Positions 1 to 8,421 of a stretch of DNA of 34,611 nt are shown here, one piece after another (position 1 is the first letter of the stretch; each line of letters opens with the position of its first letter). This DNA is from Parcubacteria group bacterium Athens0714_26 (GTDB lineage: Bacteria > Patescibacteriota > Minisyncoccia > UBA6257 > 02-FULL-45-10c), in contig VMGU01000001.1 of NCBI GenBank assembly GCA_007376745.1, positions 1-34,611 on the forward strand. The letters are read 5' to 3'. The position numbers were made by a program, and so were the translations under genes. Below the pieces are notes generated by a model. It was given only the letters and a program-made list of their open reading frames with translations, did no database searches and was not told the origin of the DNA.

Positions 1-5
1 ATGTT

Positions 6-428
6 ATGGAGCTTTTCACCGTAGAAGTTAATCGTGAATTAACCTTGAAAGAAATGCTTGAGATTTATCCTTTTGAACGCGTGCATTACAACATCACGCC
101 CCAGCACTTCCCGATTATCGGCAGAGGAAGAACCCTGATCTCAATCGGCGCTTTGAATTTTGGCAAAAAAATTATTTCGGCGGAAGTTGAAAATACAATG
201 CGCATACTCGGCTATCGCCCGGCTAAAATTGAGGAGTTAATCGCTTTTAGCGAAATCTGTTTCAAAGACAAAGTATTGCGCCAAGCATCTGTTGCGGCAC
301 TCGGTTCTATTTGGGAAACCCCAAGCCGCGGCAAATGCCTGCCGTGCCTCTACGACAAAAGCCTTTATGAAAGCTACTACGAAGGCGGTTGGTCGCCCGA
401 ACAATATTTTGCTTGCGTCGCCGAATAA
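6..428 (+). CDS. hypothetical protein (140 aa)
   Basis: Single long ORF followed by hairpins at 435-457 and 471-490. I cannot name any catalytic motif. Confidence 0.5.
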   Translation: MELFTVEVNRELTLKEMLEIYPFERVHYNITPQHFPIIGRGRTLISIGALNFGKKIISAEVENTMRILGYRPAKIEELIAFSEICFKDKVLRQASVAALGSIWETPSRGKCLPCLYDKSLYESYYEGGWSPEQYFACVAE

Positions 429-434
429 AAAAAT

Positions 435-499
435 AAGCCCGGACAATCTCCGGGCTTAACCATATATAAAACCCGCATTGAACTGCGGGTTTTAAATTT
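435..499. terminator. two hairpins between convergent genes (aagcccgga/tccgggctt and acccgca/tgcgggt, with flanking A/T runs)
   Basis: Inverted repeats read directly at 435-457 and 471-490. A T-run follows on the + strand after 490 and on the - strand before 435. Confidence 0.6.
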
Positions 500-500
500 A

Positions 501-1016
501 TTACTGACTAAAGAACTGAAAAGCTATGTCCCGATTTATCCTCTGAGGCAGATTAAACAGTCCTTTTAAAAGACTAACAACCTGCAACCGGTCATGTTTG
601 TACTTAAAATACATCAAAGAGGAAAATCTGACCGGAAGAAAAATTGGGGTTTTGCCTATGGCCAACAGAGCAATCATCTCTTCACATGCCCTATCGTCAC
701 AGCAAGTATAAAGAGCGGACATAGAGTAACCGTCCTGCTCACTGCCTAAAACCGAAAATCTGGTCACTGGGCGCGTATGGCATCCAAGGCATACTCCTGA
801 AACAACGCGGTTTTCTCCCTGCCCCAGAAGCCATTCCAGATGTTTATGAAATTCGCTTGAACTGGAACCATTAACAAGGTTCTTGTCCATCATCTTTTTA
901 ACAAATACAAGATGACCGTATTCATTAAACATCAAAACTTCCAGCGTCTGACCCTCATAATCACCCGATTTCAATACTCGGGGCCCACTAGGTGCTTCCA
1001 AAACACCAACTGGCAT
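501..1016 (-). CDS. hypothetical Cys-rich protein (171 aa)
   Basis: Long ORF with an SD aggag (rc of 1023-1027) 6 nt upstream of the ATG. No recognisable family. Confidence 0.5.
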   Translation of the reverse strand: MPVGVLEAPSGPRVLKSGDYEGQTLEVLMFNEYGHLVFVKKMMDKNLVNGSSSSEFHKHLEWLLGQGENRVVSGVCLGCHTRPVTRFSVLGSEQDGYSMSALYTCCDDRACEEMIALLAIGKTPIFLPVRFSSLMYFKYKHDRLQVVSLLKGLFNLPQRINRDIAFQFFSQ

Positions 1017-1247
1017 GAATTGCTCCTTTCTCCCGTTTATAAAACAGGGGTAAATTTTTTCAGATCTTTTTAAATTTTATAAGAACAAATTTATTAAAAA
1101 AACAAAATAAAAAATATCTTGTTTAACTTATATATAGTATACCATATCTAATGTATTTGTCAAATTAACACAACCACCTGCTATTTGACTAAAGTCCGTA
1201 TTTTTAATCTAATTTAAATAGCTATTTATCAACATAAAGGGGGTATT

Positions 1248-1526
1248 ATGAACTGTTATTTGATAGGGTATGTTATTTATATCTTCGTTGGATTTGCCTT
1301 GGCCGAATTATTAACCAAAAGAAAAAGAAAGAGGGTTATAAAAAAGGCCGAAGCGGAAATAGCCCGGCAACAAAAAGAAATTTTTTATCTGATAATCCTT
1401 CTATTCTGGCCACTATTAATACTTTTATGCGTTGCCGCCGCGAAAGCCGCAATGGGCTACAATGAATACAAAACAATCCTTCAACAAGCTCATGACCAGG
1501 TCATTCAGCCCAAACCAATTATTTAG
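1248..1526 (+). CDS. small membrane protein (92 aa, 2 hydrophobic segments)
   Basis: SD aaaggggg lies just upstream of the ATG. The protein has two hydrophobic stretches separated by a KRKRKR-rich loop. Confidence 0.5.
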   Translation: MNCYLIGYVIYIFVGFALAELLTKRKRKRVIKKAEAEIARQQKEIFYLIILLFWPLLILLCVAAAKAAMGYNEYKTILQQAHDQVIQPKPII

Positions 1527-1536
1527 CTTGACTTTA

Positions 1537-1570
1537 TAAAACCCCGGTGGATTACCGGGGTTTTTATTTT
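1537..1570. terminator. bidirectional intrinsic terminator
   Basis: aaaaccccggt-ggatt-accggggtttt hairpin with A-run and T-run flanks, between convergent genes. Confidence 0.7.
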
Positions 1571-2478
1571 TAATCTTTAAGATATTTTCTAACAGCTATA
1601 AAACTGGACACCACGCCAAGAACAACACCAAAAAGCATCTGATAACTAAATAACTTCAGCAAATTACCATAAAAATAAGCGCTTAAATTCATTCCGTCCA
1701 TAAGCGTTTTCACATAAGGCGCGGCAACCGAAATAACAGGCATAACCAGAAGCATACTGAAGACGGCCGCGATAATCCCGTAAAGCACTCCCTGAATTAT
1801 ATAAGGGCCCCTTATAAAAGCGTTAGAGGCGCCCACCACTCTCATAATTCCGATTTCATCGCGCGTGGAATAAATATTAAGAATAATGGTGTTTAAAGTA
1901 ACTAAAATTGCCACAACCGCCAAAATTACCGTGAGGGCTACGCCGCTTCTTTGAGCGACGTCAACCATATTGGCCAAACGGTTAATGGCAACCTGATTCT
2001 GATTATAAGTGACTTGTTCAACCACATCCTGGAGATTTTGATTATTAAGATAAGCAGCTATAACCGGGTAATCTTTTGGATTATGAGCTTTAATATCCAG
2101 CGAGGCCGACAGAGGATTGCCGTCCAAAACGCTGATGGCCTCGGTAATAGTCGTGTCATTTTTATGCCTTTCGCGGAATTTCTCAAGCGCCTGGTCTTTA
2201 GACGTGTAACCAACGCTTTTAACTTCCGCCAAATCCTGAAGAGATCTTTGAATTTTTAAAATGTCATCTTCCGGCGCCGTATTTTTGAAATAAACACTGA
2301 TATCAATTTTTTCTTTTAAAATATTTATTGCCGAATCCGTCACAACCCTGAAAATAATAAGTCCTTCAAATACAAAAAGTGTCAGTAGCATTACCGCCAC
2401 CGTAGCCATAGACATCCAGCGATTACGCCAGAAACTTTGAAGCCCATATTTAATTATTCTATATAAATTAGTGGCCAT
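1570..2478 (-). CDS. ftsX: cell-division ABC permease FtsX
   Basis: The layout is an N-terminal TM, an extracytoplasmic alpha/beta domain (KIDISVYF...TSKDQALEKF) and 3 C-terminal TMs. It sits 3 nt downstream of ftsE. Confidence 0.85.
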   Translation of the reverse strand: MATNLYRIIKYGLQSFWRNRWMSMATVAVMLLTLFVFEGLIIFRVVTDSAINILKEKIDISVYFKNTAPEDDILKIQRSLQDLAEVKSVGYTSKDQALEKFRERHKNDTTITEAISVLDGNPLSASLDIKAHNPKDYPVIAAYLNNQNLQDVVEQVTYNQNQVAINRLANMVDVAQRSGVALTVILAVVAILVTLNTIILNIYSTRDEIGIMRVVGASNAFIRGPYIIQGVLYGIIAAVFSMLLVMPVISVAAPYVKTLMDGMNLSAYFYGNLLKLFSYQMLFGVVLGVVSSFIAVRKYLKD

Positions 2479-2481
2479 ATT

Positions 2482-3165
2482 TTAAGCAAGCACATACTTA
2501 CCCTTTTCTTCATCCCTGATTATTCTACCATTATCCAGAGTAACGACTCTTTTACTTAAACTATTAACAACGTCTTTATTATGGGTTACCAAAATCACCG
2601 TAGTACCCCGTTCGTTAATCTTAGAAATTAATTTTATAATTTCCACCGAGTTAATCGGGTCCAGATTACCGGTGGGCTCATCCGCTATCAAAACAGCCGG
2701 ACGGTGTATTAAAGCTCTGGCAATAGCCACTCTTTGTTTTTCGCCTCCGGAAAGTTCATGCGGAAAATTATAAGCCCTAGAAGACAAGCCCACCATATCC
2801 AAAACCTGCGGGACAAATTCTTCTATTTCGGACTGCGGACGGCCCTCAACTTCAAGCGCGAACGCAACATTCTCATAAGCGTTTTTAGTCGGCAAAAGAC
2901 GGAAATCCTGAAAAATGATTCCTATCCGGCGTCTTAACACGGGCAACTCCGCGAGCTCCATTTTATTAACTTCCTGGGAGTCAAAAAATATGCGGCCCTT
3001 AGTGGGCTTTTCTTCGCCGATTAATAATTTTACAATCGTTGATTTGCCGGCACCGTTTTTACCCACCAAAGAAACGAATTCGTTTGGCTTTATCCTAAAA
3101 CTAACATCTTCAAGCGCCGCCGAACCGCCATTATAAATTTTAGTTACATTTTGAAAAACAATCAT
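2482..3165 (-). CDS. ftsE: cell-division ABC ATPase FtsE
   Basis: Walker A GKNGAGKST, signature LSGGEKQR and Walker B LIADEPT are present. Size is 227 aa and it is paired with ftsX. Confidence 0.9.
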   Translation of the reverse strand: MIVFQNVTKIYNGGSAALEDVSFRIKPNEFVSLVGKNGAGKSTIVKLLIGEEKPTKGRIFFDSQEVNKMELAELPVLRRRIGIIFQDFRLLPTKNAYENVAFALEVEGRPQSEIEEFVPQVLDMVGLSSRAYNFPHELSGGEKQRVAIARALIHRPAVLIADEPTGNLDPINSVEIIKLISKINERGTTVILVTHNKDVVNSLSKRVVTLDNGRIIRDEEKGKYVLA

Positions 3166-3168
3166 AAA

Positions 3169-3595
3169 GTAATCGCGAATAACGCTAATTTACATTAAAT
3201 ATCGCAAATATTAATATCTGGATTTAAAACACGACGATATTTTATACCTTCTTTTGTAAAATATAACAAAATTCCCAGTTTAACGCCAGCAGATTTTAAA
3301 TATCCAAAAAGTTGTTTTACATGAACGTATCCAATAATAAAATCCGCATAATATCTGCCAATATTAATATTTTTATATTGCAAAGGAATATAGACTTCTC
3401 GTTTAAATTTTATTTTTCTCCTTTCAAACTCTTTCATTAAAGCTTTTTGATAATCTTTTTCAGATAATCCCCAGCCTAATTCATTAAATACCTCGAAAGT
3501 GGAACCAATAATTTTATAACTCAAATCAGGAAAAATTATTTTATCTTTATTTTTCATTCGCATTATTTGCTAATATTCGCGTTATTAGCGATTAC
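3169..3595 (-). mobile_element. GxxExxY-gene cassette bounded by imperfect inverted repeats built of ATTCGCG/ATTAGCG-type iterons
   Basis: The left end 3169-3190 gtaatcgcgaataacgctaatt matches the reverse complement of the right end 3569-3595 at 19/22 positions. The cassette occupies the whole ftsE-prfB intergenic space. Confidence 0.5.
3195..3563 (-). CDS. GxxExxY-family (PD-(D/E)XK fold) protein, apparently degenerate
   Basis: The GWGLSEKDY motif (GxxExxY) is present. Relative to the paralog at 13742-14155, the D..(I/V)ELK core segment is missing (YYADFIIGYVHVKQLF versus NYLDFLIDNKIILELKQG). Confidence 0.7.
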   Translation of the reverse strand: MRMKNKDKIIFPDLSYKIIGSTFEVFNELGWGLSEKDYQKALMKEFERRKIKFKREVYIPLQYKNINIGRYYADFIIGYVHVKQLFGYLKSAGVKLGILLYFTKEGIKYRRVLNPDINICDI

Positions 3596-4320
3596 TCCAA
3601 TCCAAGTTCGGATTCTATAAACTTATCCAGATCTCCGGCCAAAACATCATCCGGCTGACTACTTTCGGTTTTTGTCCGATGGTCCTTAACGAGTTTATAA
3701 GGATGCAATACATAAGAACGGATTTGGCTGCCCCACTCCGGCTTAACTTTAACCCGCAGCTGTGAAAGCTCCTGTTTCTGATTCTCCATCATCAGATTAA
3801 ACAATTTTGATTTTAACAGCCGCAACGCCCTGTCTTTATTCTGAAGCTGCGAACGCTCCGACTGGCAGCTGGCAACAACGCCCGTGGGAATGTGGACAAC
3901 CCTGACGGCGGTTTCAAGCTTCTGGACATTCTGGCCGCCGGGACCGCTGGAGCGAAAAGTATCTATTCTTAAATCGCTTTCGGGAATAACAATTTTTTGG
4001 TTTTCAATATCCGGTAAAATCGGCACCACCTCAATTAATGCAAAGGATGTATGCCTTAATTTTTTGGAAGAAAAAGGAGAAATCCTGACCAGCCGATGAA
4101 CTCCGGCTTCTTTTTTTAAAAAACCATACGCGAAATCTCCGCGAATTTCCATCGCCATATCATCAGTAATCAAAACCTTCCAGCCTCTTTTTTGGGCGTA
4201 TTTAAAATACATCAAGAAAAGCATCTTGGCCCAGTCTTTGGCGTCATCGCCACCAGCGCCGGCATAAACGCTAAGATGCGCGAAATTTTTATCGTATTTA
4301 TCCGTTAATTTTTTAAACAT
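3592..4320 (-). CDS. prfB: peptide chain release factor 2 lacking N-terminal domain 1 (242 aa)
   Basis: The SPF tripeptide (RISPFSS) and GGQ (SGPGGQNVQK) are present. The alignment I recall to E. coli RF2 starts near residue ~118. I take the ATG at 4320 as the start because the longer ORF to 4350 overlaps tRNA-Thr. Confidence 0.85.
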   Translation of the reverse strand: MFKKLTDKYDKNFAHLSVYAGAGGDDAKDWAKMLFLMYFKYAQKRGWKVLITDDMAMEIRGDFAYGFLKKEAGVHRLVRISPFSSKKLRHTSFALIEVVPILPDIENQKIVIPESDLRIDTFRSSGPGGQNVQKLETAVRVVHIPTGVVASCQSERSQLQNKDRALRLLKSKLFNLMMENQKQELSQLRVKVKPEWGSQIRSYVLHPYKLVKDHRTKTESSQPDDVLAGDLDKFIESELGLE

Positions 4321-4325
4321 ATTTG

Positions 4326-4396
4326 AGCCGAAGGTGAGAATCGAACTCACGTCTCTACTTTACGAAAGTAATGTTCTACCACTGAACTACTCCGGC
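4326..4396 (-). tRNA. tRNA-Thr (anticodon CGU)
   Basis: Hand-folded cloverleaf: acceptor gccggag/cttcggc, anticodon loop ttCGTaa, T arm gtgag-ttcgatt-ctcac. No CCA is encoded. Confidence 0.85.
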
Positions 4397-4485
4397 TTTG
4401 GGGAAATAAATTTTGTTAAAATCCGAGACTCTCAATATATATTGTAACCTCCACGAACTGCCGGGGACAATATCGGAGCGGCGGG

Positions 4486-4556
4486 AGCGAGATACCGGAA
4501 TCGGACCGGCGCCCTTACCTTGGGAAGGTAATGTACTACCACTATACTAATCTCGC
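4486..4556 (-). tRNA. tRNA-Gly (anticodon CCC)
   Basis: Hand-folded cloverleaf: acceptor gcgagat/atctcgc, anticodon loop ttCCCaa, T arm gccgg-tccgatt-ccggt. Confidence 0.85.
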
Positions 4557-4568
4557 AAAAATCAAATG

Positions 4569-5150
4569 CTATTGTGGCATAATTTTAATACCCTGACCAT
4601 CCCAACCAAATCCTTTTTTAAATACAAAAACACCCGCTTTTCGCTTTACTTCTTGAAGCCATTCGTTGAAATCTTCCCGCACTGATAGCATATCATCCTG
4701 GAGCACTTCGCGATAAGCCTCCGGAATTAATACAAGATTAACAAAGTCATCAGATGTTAGTCCATAAACAACTCCCGCTTTTTCTTTTAATTTATCCAAG
4801 TCGCCAACTTGTTCAATTTTCTTTTTAACTTTCTCATCAAGATTTTCCTTTTCCCGCGCTTTAACCTCCTGGTAAATCAGACTATTCTCAACTAATTTAT
4901 CAAGAACCGCCCGCCTAATTTCTTCAAGCTGATTTTTATCATCCAGCGCGGCAGGGTCAGCTTTAGACGCCACGATTGTCCCGCGGAGATAATTTACGGC
5001 AGAACCATAATATTTATCAGCCGCCGCGGCGCTGATAAAATGATAATTAACCGCAATAACCGGATAATAACCCCTGACAGATAGCCCATATAACCCCAAA
5101 CCAAAGGCTATAAATCCCAAAAATACGACTATGGCTATCTTTAAATTCAT
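4569..5150 (-). CDS. membrane-anchored protein, possibly a SurA-N/PpiC-type chaperone-like protein (193 aa)
   Basis: One N-terminal TM followed by a helical soluble region. The family assignment rests only on weak resemblance. Confidence 0.4.
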   Translation of the reverse strand: MNLKIAIVVFLGFIAFGLGLYGLSVRGYYPVIAVNYHFISAAAADKYYGSAVNYLRGTIVASKADPAALDDKNQLEEIRRAVLDKLVENSLIYQEVKAREKENLDEKVKKKIEQVGDLDKLKEKAGVVYGLTSDDFVNLVLIPEAYREVLQDDMLSVREDFNEWLQEVKRKAGVFVFKKGFGWDGQGIKIMPQ

Positions 5151-5154
5151 TACT

Positions 5155-5427
5155 TTAATTTGCCTTCGGAGGAACTATAATCATTAATTTTTCCCCGGGT
5201 TTTTTATAATTTAACCGCCCTCTTAATTCTTTTTCCAGATTTTGGGGATTGGAAAAATAATTCAAATCCGCCTGCAGCTGATAATTTTCCTCGGAAACGC
5301 TATTTATTTCCCTACTCAAATCCGAAACCGATTTTTCAAGCGATAATTTTTGTTCGTATAATTTATAAAGCTGAATGCCAATCACAATCATAACAATAGA
5401 TATAATTATAATTAAAATCGTTTTCAT
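5155..5427 (-). CDS. septum formation initiator (FtsB/DivIC-like), 90 aa
   Basis: Single N-terminal TM, then a leucine-zipper-like coiled coil, then YKKPGEKLMIIVP. This architecture is typical of FtsB/DivIC. Confidence 0.6.
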   Translation of the reverse strand: MKTILIIIISIVMIVIGIQLYKLYEQKLSLEKSVSDLSREINSVSEENYQLQADLNYFSNPQNLEKELRGRLNYKKPGEKLMIIVPPKAN

Positions 5428-5507
5428 CTGAAAAGATTTGGTTAATCCGTTAACTATTAATTCCTATTAAATTATACAACAAAAGCCGAGATGATTTGCG
5501 GCTAGCC

Positions 5508-7274
5508 CTATTTTTTAAGTAATTCCTTAAAAACCCGGGCCGGAATTTCAATTTTTGATTTAGACGCCAATTCGCTTAATTTTTCTTTGCCCCGCTTTTG
5601 CTTTTTCCAAAGTTTCATTTTTCTGGTTACATCGCCGCCGGTTTTCCCAAAATTACCGAGTTGTTTTTTAATCGCCGTAATAGTTTCTCTGGCCATAACT
5701 CGCCCGCCGCTAACCGCCTGGATGGCCTGGGAAAACTGCTGGCTAGGTAAAAGCTCTTTAAGCCGCTCCACGGTTTTTCTGGCTTCCCTTTCCAAATCGT
5801 CTTTGTGGACAATACGCGTCAATCCGCCCACATCGTGCCCGGCCACCAAAACTTCCAGCTTCGCAACTTCGGTTTTTTTATAGTCCGCGATTTCATAGCT
5901 TAAAGACGCGTAGCCGTTAGAAACGGACTTCAATCTGTCGTCAAAATCCCTGATTAATTCGGCGAGAGGCAAAGAAGCGGTAATCAATATGGTATTACCC
6001 AAAGTCTCGGTGTTTAAATCGCTTAAACGAAAAATTTCTCGCAGACCTATTACCGCGCCCATATACTGCGAAGGAGTCAAAATTTCCACTTTAGCTATCG
6101 GCTCCATCACTTCCAAATAATCAGGCGGAAAATCTTTCGGATTATTGATAATTACCCAATCGCCGCGGCGCGTTTTCACTTTATAAGAAACGGACGGAAA
6201 ACTATGAACGGTTCTTATATTAAATTCTTTTTCCAAACGTTCGGCGGTAATTTCAAAATGCAGTTTTCCCAAAAATCCAGCTTTAAGGCCCCTGCCTAAA
6301 AATTCGTTGGAGTCACTTTCAAATTTTAACGCCGAATCGTTTAATTTTAATTTGCCGGCGGCATCTTTTAAATTTTCATACTCATCGGCGTCTTCCGGAT
6401 AAAAAGAAACAAATACCACCGGTTGCGGCTCTTTATATCCATGCAAGGCGAAATTTTTTTCATCGGCTACCGGGATGCGGCTAAAAAACACCGTATCGCC
6501 AATCTTCAAAAGCTCGGGATTTTTCAAACCGGTGGCGATGTATCCAATCTGGCCATTTGCCATTTTTGAATCAACTTTAAGTTCGGGCGCGAAATGTCCC
6601 AATTCTTTCACCTTGAATTTGGCGCCTGTCGCTATTAAAACAGCGCTATCCCCTTCGTTTATTTCACCACTAAAAACCCTGACTTCGGCCACAACTCCTT
6701 TATGTTCGTGATAAAAAGAATCAAAAACCAAAGCTTGAAAAAAATCTCCTCTGGCTTCGCCTCGGTAACTGGGACTAGGAACTTTTTTAATAACTGCCGC
6801 TAATAATTCTTCAACGCCTTCTCCGGTTTTACCCGAAACTTTAAAAATTTCGTTTTCGCAGACACCTATCAAATCGGAGGTATTTTTTATAATCTCATCC
6901 AGGCCTGATGGATTCAAATCAATTTTATTGACCGCGCCGATAATTTTAAGTCCCGCTTTTTTCGCGGCGTGGAAATTGGCCAAAGTCTGCGCCTGGATAC
7001 CCTGGCTCGCGTCAACCAATAAAATCGCTCCTTCCACGGCAAGCAAAGCACGTGACACTTCGTAGGAAAAATCACTATGGCCCGGAGTGTCTATCAGATT
7101 CAGAATATAATCTTCATTATTTAACCGGTAATTCATTCTGACTGGAGCCATTTTAATGGTAATACCCCGCTCTCTTTCAAGCTCTAGCTGGTCCAGATAC
7201 TGTTCTTTCATGGCTAAAGTAGATTTACCGTGATCTATATGCGCGATAATACAAAAATTTCTTATTTGATTCAT
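5508..7274 (-). CDS. lepA: translation elongation factor 4 (LepA)
   Basis: G motifs AHIDHGKST, DTPGH and NKID are present, with a LepA-specific C-terminal region. About 14 aa appear to be missing right after the P-loop (see finding). Confidence 0.9.
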   Translation of the reverse strand: MNQIRNFCIIAHIDHGKSTLAMKEQYLDQLELERERGITIKMAPVRMNYRLNNEDYILNLIDTPGHSDFSYEVSRALLAVEGAILLVDASQGIQAQTLANFHAAKKAGLKIIGAVNKIDLNPSGLDEIIKNTSDLIGVCENEIFKVSGKTGEGVEELLAAVIKKVPSPSYRGEARGDFFQALVFDSFYHEHKGVVAEVRVFSGEINEGDSAVLIATGAKFKVKELGHFAPELKVDSKMANGQIGYIATGLKNPELLKIGDTVFFSRIPVADEKNFALHGYKEPQPVVFVSFYPEDADEYENLKDAAGKLKLNDSALKFESDSNEFLGRGLKAGFLGKLHFEITAERLEKEFNIRTVHSFPSVSYKVKTRRGDWVIINNPKDFPPDYLEVMEPIAKVEILTPSQYMGAVIGLREIFRLSDLNTETLGNTILITASLPLAELIRDFDDRLKSVSNGYASLSYEIADYKKTEVAKLEVLVAGHDVGGLTRIVHKDDLEREARKTVERLKELLPSQQFSQAIQAVSGGRVMARETITAIKKQLGNFGKTGGDVTRKMKLWKKQKRGKEKLSELASKSKIEIPARVFKELLKK

Positions 7275-8374
7275 GACACATGGTACCTGACGCCCGACAC
7301 ATTTTCAACTATATTCAAAATCTTTTTTTTAAACTTGGCTTTTGAAAATTTTTTAGCCGACTCGGTAATTTTTTGGCTGTTAAAAGATGATATCAAAAAC
7401 TTCTTTACGGCCATAATCAAGTCATCAGGCGTCTGCTGGTAAAAAAATATTCCGTTTATGCCATTCTGGACAATTTCTCTGGCACCGCCCTGCGAAAAAG
7501 CGATTACTGGCGTCCCGCACGCCAGAGACTCCGCCGCTACCAGACCAAAATCTTCTATTTGCGGGAAAATAACGGCTTCAGCTTCATTATACATACAGCG
7601 AAGCTCCGCCTCGCTGACAAAACCGGTAAAATTAATGCTAGCCGACCTGACTAATTTTTTAAGATTTTTAAGCTCGGGCCCGTCGCCCACGATTAAAAGT
7701 GGCAAACCCAATTTATTGAACGCCTCAATAATAAGGTCAAATCTTTTATACCCCATAAGTCTGCCCACCGCCAGAAAATATCCGCATTTTTTTATTTTTT
7801 TATCTTTGTAAAAAACTTTTAGGTCTACCGGCGGATAAAGAACTTCGGCTTTACGCCCATAATAATTTTTTATTTTATCCGCTATATAATTGGAATTCGC
7901 CAAAAAAATTTCCGGCTTTTGCGCGGTTTTGTAATCCCACCTGCGCAGATACCAAAACATCGGCGAAGTAATAAATTTTAAAAATTCTCCCCAATTAAAA
8001 TATTTATGATATTCCCACGCGTAGCGAAGCGGCGTGTGGCAATAAACTATGTGCGGCGCGTTTTCCCGGCCGGTAATTCCTTTCCCATAACCGGCGCTGG
8101 AGGATAAAATAATGTCATAATCATTTTCGGCTAAACGCATCATAGACGCCGCGAGAGGCATTAACGGAATAAAAAAACGATGATTTTTAATAACAATATC
8201 CCTGTCTAAAAAACTCGTACTTTTAACCTTACCCTCAAAACGGCCCAGTGTTTTTTTCTTATCGTAAAAAAGCGTGTACACGGGAGCGTCGGGGAAAATT
8301 TCGCAAAATGTTTCCAACACCCTCTCGGCGCCGCCGTATTGATTTAAATAATCATGGACTAAAGCTACTTTCAT
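7271..8374 (-). CDS. glycosyltransferase, GT4-type (GT-B fold)
   Basis: The C-terminal EDFGLVAAESLACGTPVIA matches the E-x7-E motif. Its stop overlaps the lepA start by 4 nt. Confidence 0.8.
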   Translation of the reverse strand: MKVALVHDYLNQYGGAERVLETFCEIFPDAPVYTLFYDKKKTLGRFEGKVKSTSFLDRDIVIKNHRFFIPLMPLAASMMRLAENDYDIILSSSAGYGKGITGRENAPHIVYCHTPLRYAWEYHKYFNWGEFLKFITSPMFWYLRRWDYKTAQKPEIFLANSNYIADKIKNYYGRKAEVLYPPVDLKVFYKDKKIKKCGYFLAVGRLMGYKRFDLIIEAFNKLGLPLLIVGDGPELKNLKKLVRSASINFTGFVSEAELRCMYNEAEAVIFPQIEDFGLVAAESLACGTPVIAFSQGGAREIVQNGINGIFFYQQTPDDLIMAVKKFLISSFNSQKITESAKKFSKAKFKKKILNIVENVSGVRYHVS

Positions 8375-8421
8375 ATGAATATCAGATTTAACCGTCTTTA
8401 TAATGTATAATTTATTGTATA

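Noticed and set aside
237-446. Antisense or out-of-frame ORFs from the six-frame track that lie inside the long conserved genes. These are 237-446, 1951-2259, 2734-2937, 2915-3136, 3884-4099, 5587-5883, 5627-5812, 6475-6711, 7230-7442, 7458-7811, 8622-8858, 9203-9472, 9577-9948, 10186-10488, 10766-10972, 10828-11049, 11713-11904, 12232-12492, 12520-12798, 13485-13721, 15566-15784, 16050-16238, 17598-17873, 18492-18782, 19060-19287, 20587-20769, 20601-20783, 20905-21234, 26582-27028, 27078-27293, 27339-27563, 27719-28021, 28436-28633, 30484-30729, 30923-31240, 32697-32879 and 33154-33381.
   Set aside because: Each is embedded in, or overlaps, a longer ORF whose product has recognisable conserved motifs or better start signals. 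Their translations are low-complexity with no motifs.
1-1016. The left-edge gene pair seemed somewhat more GC-rich and might be foreign DNA.
   Set aside because: This was judged by eye only. Several core genes, such as lepA, look similar, and no mobility or defence signature is present. It is not supportable without computing composition.
3592-4320. Programmed +1 frameshift site typical of prfB.
   Set aside because: The frameshift site lies in the N-terminal region of normal RF2, and that region is absent here. No CTT TGA-type site is seen near the start.
4321-4350. N-terminal extension of the prfB ORF (MSSILTFGSN).
   Set aside because: These codons overlap the 3' part of tRNA-Thr (4326-4396). 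The ATG at 4320 is the more plausible start.
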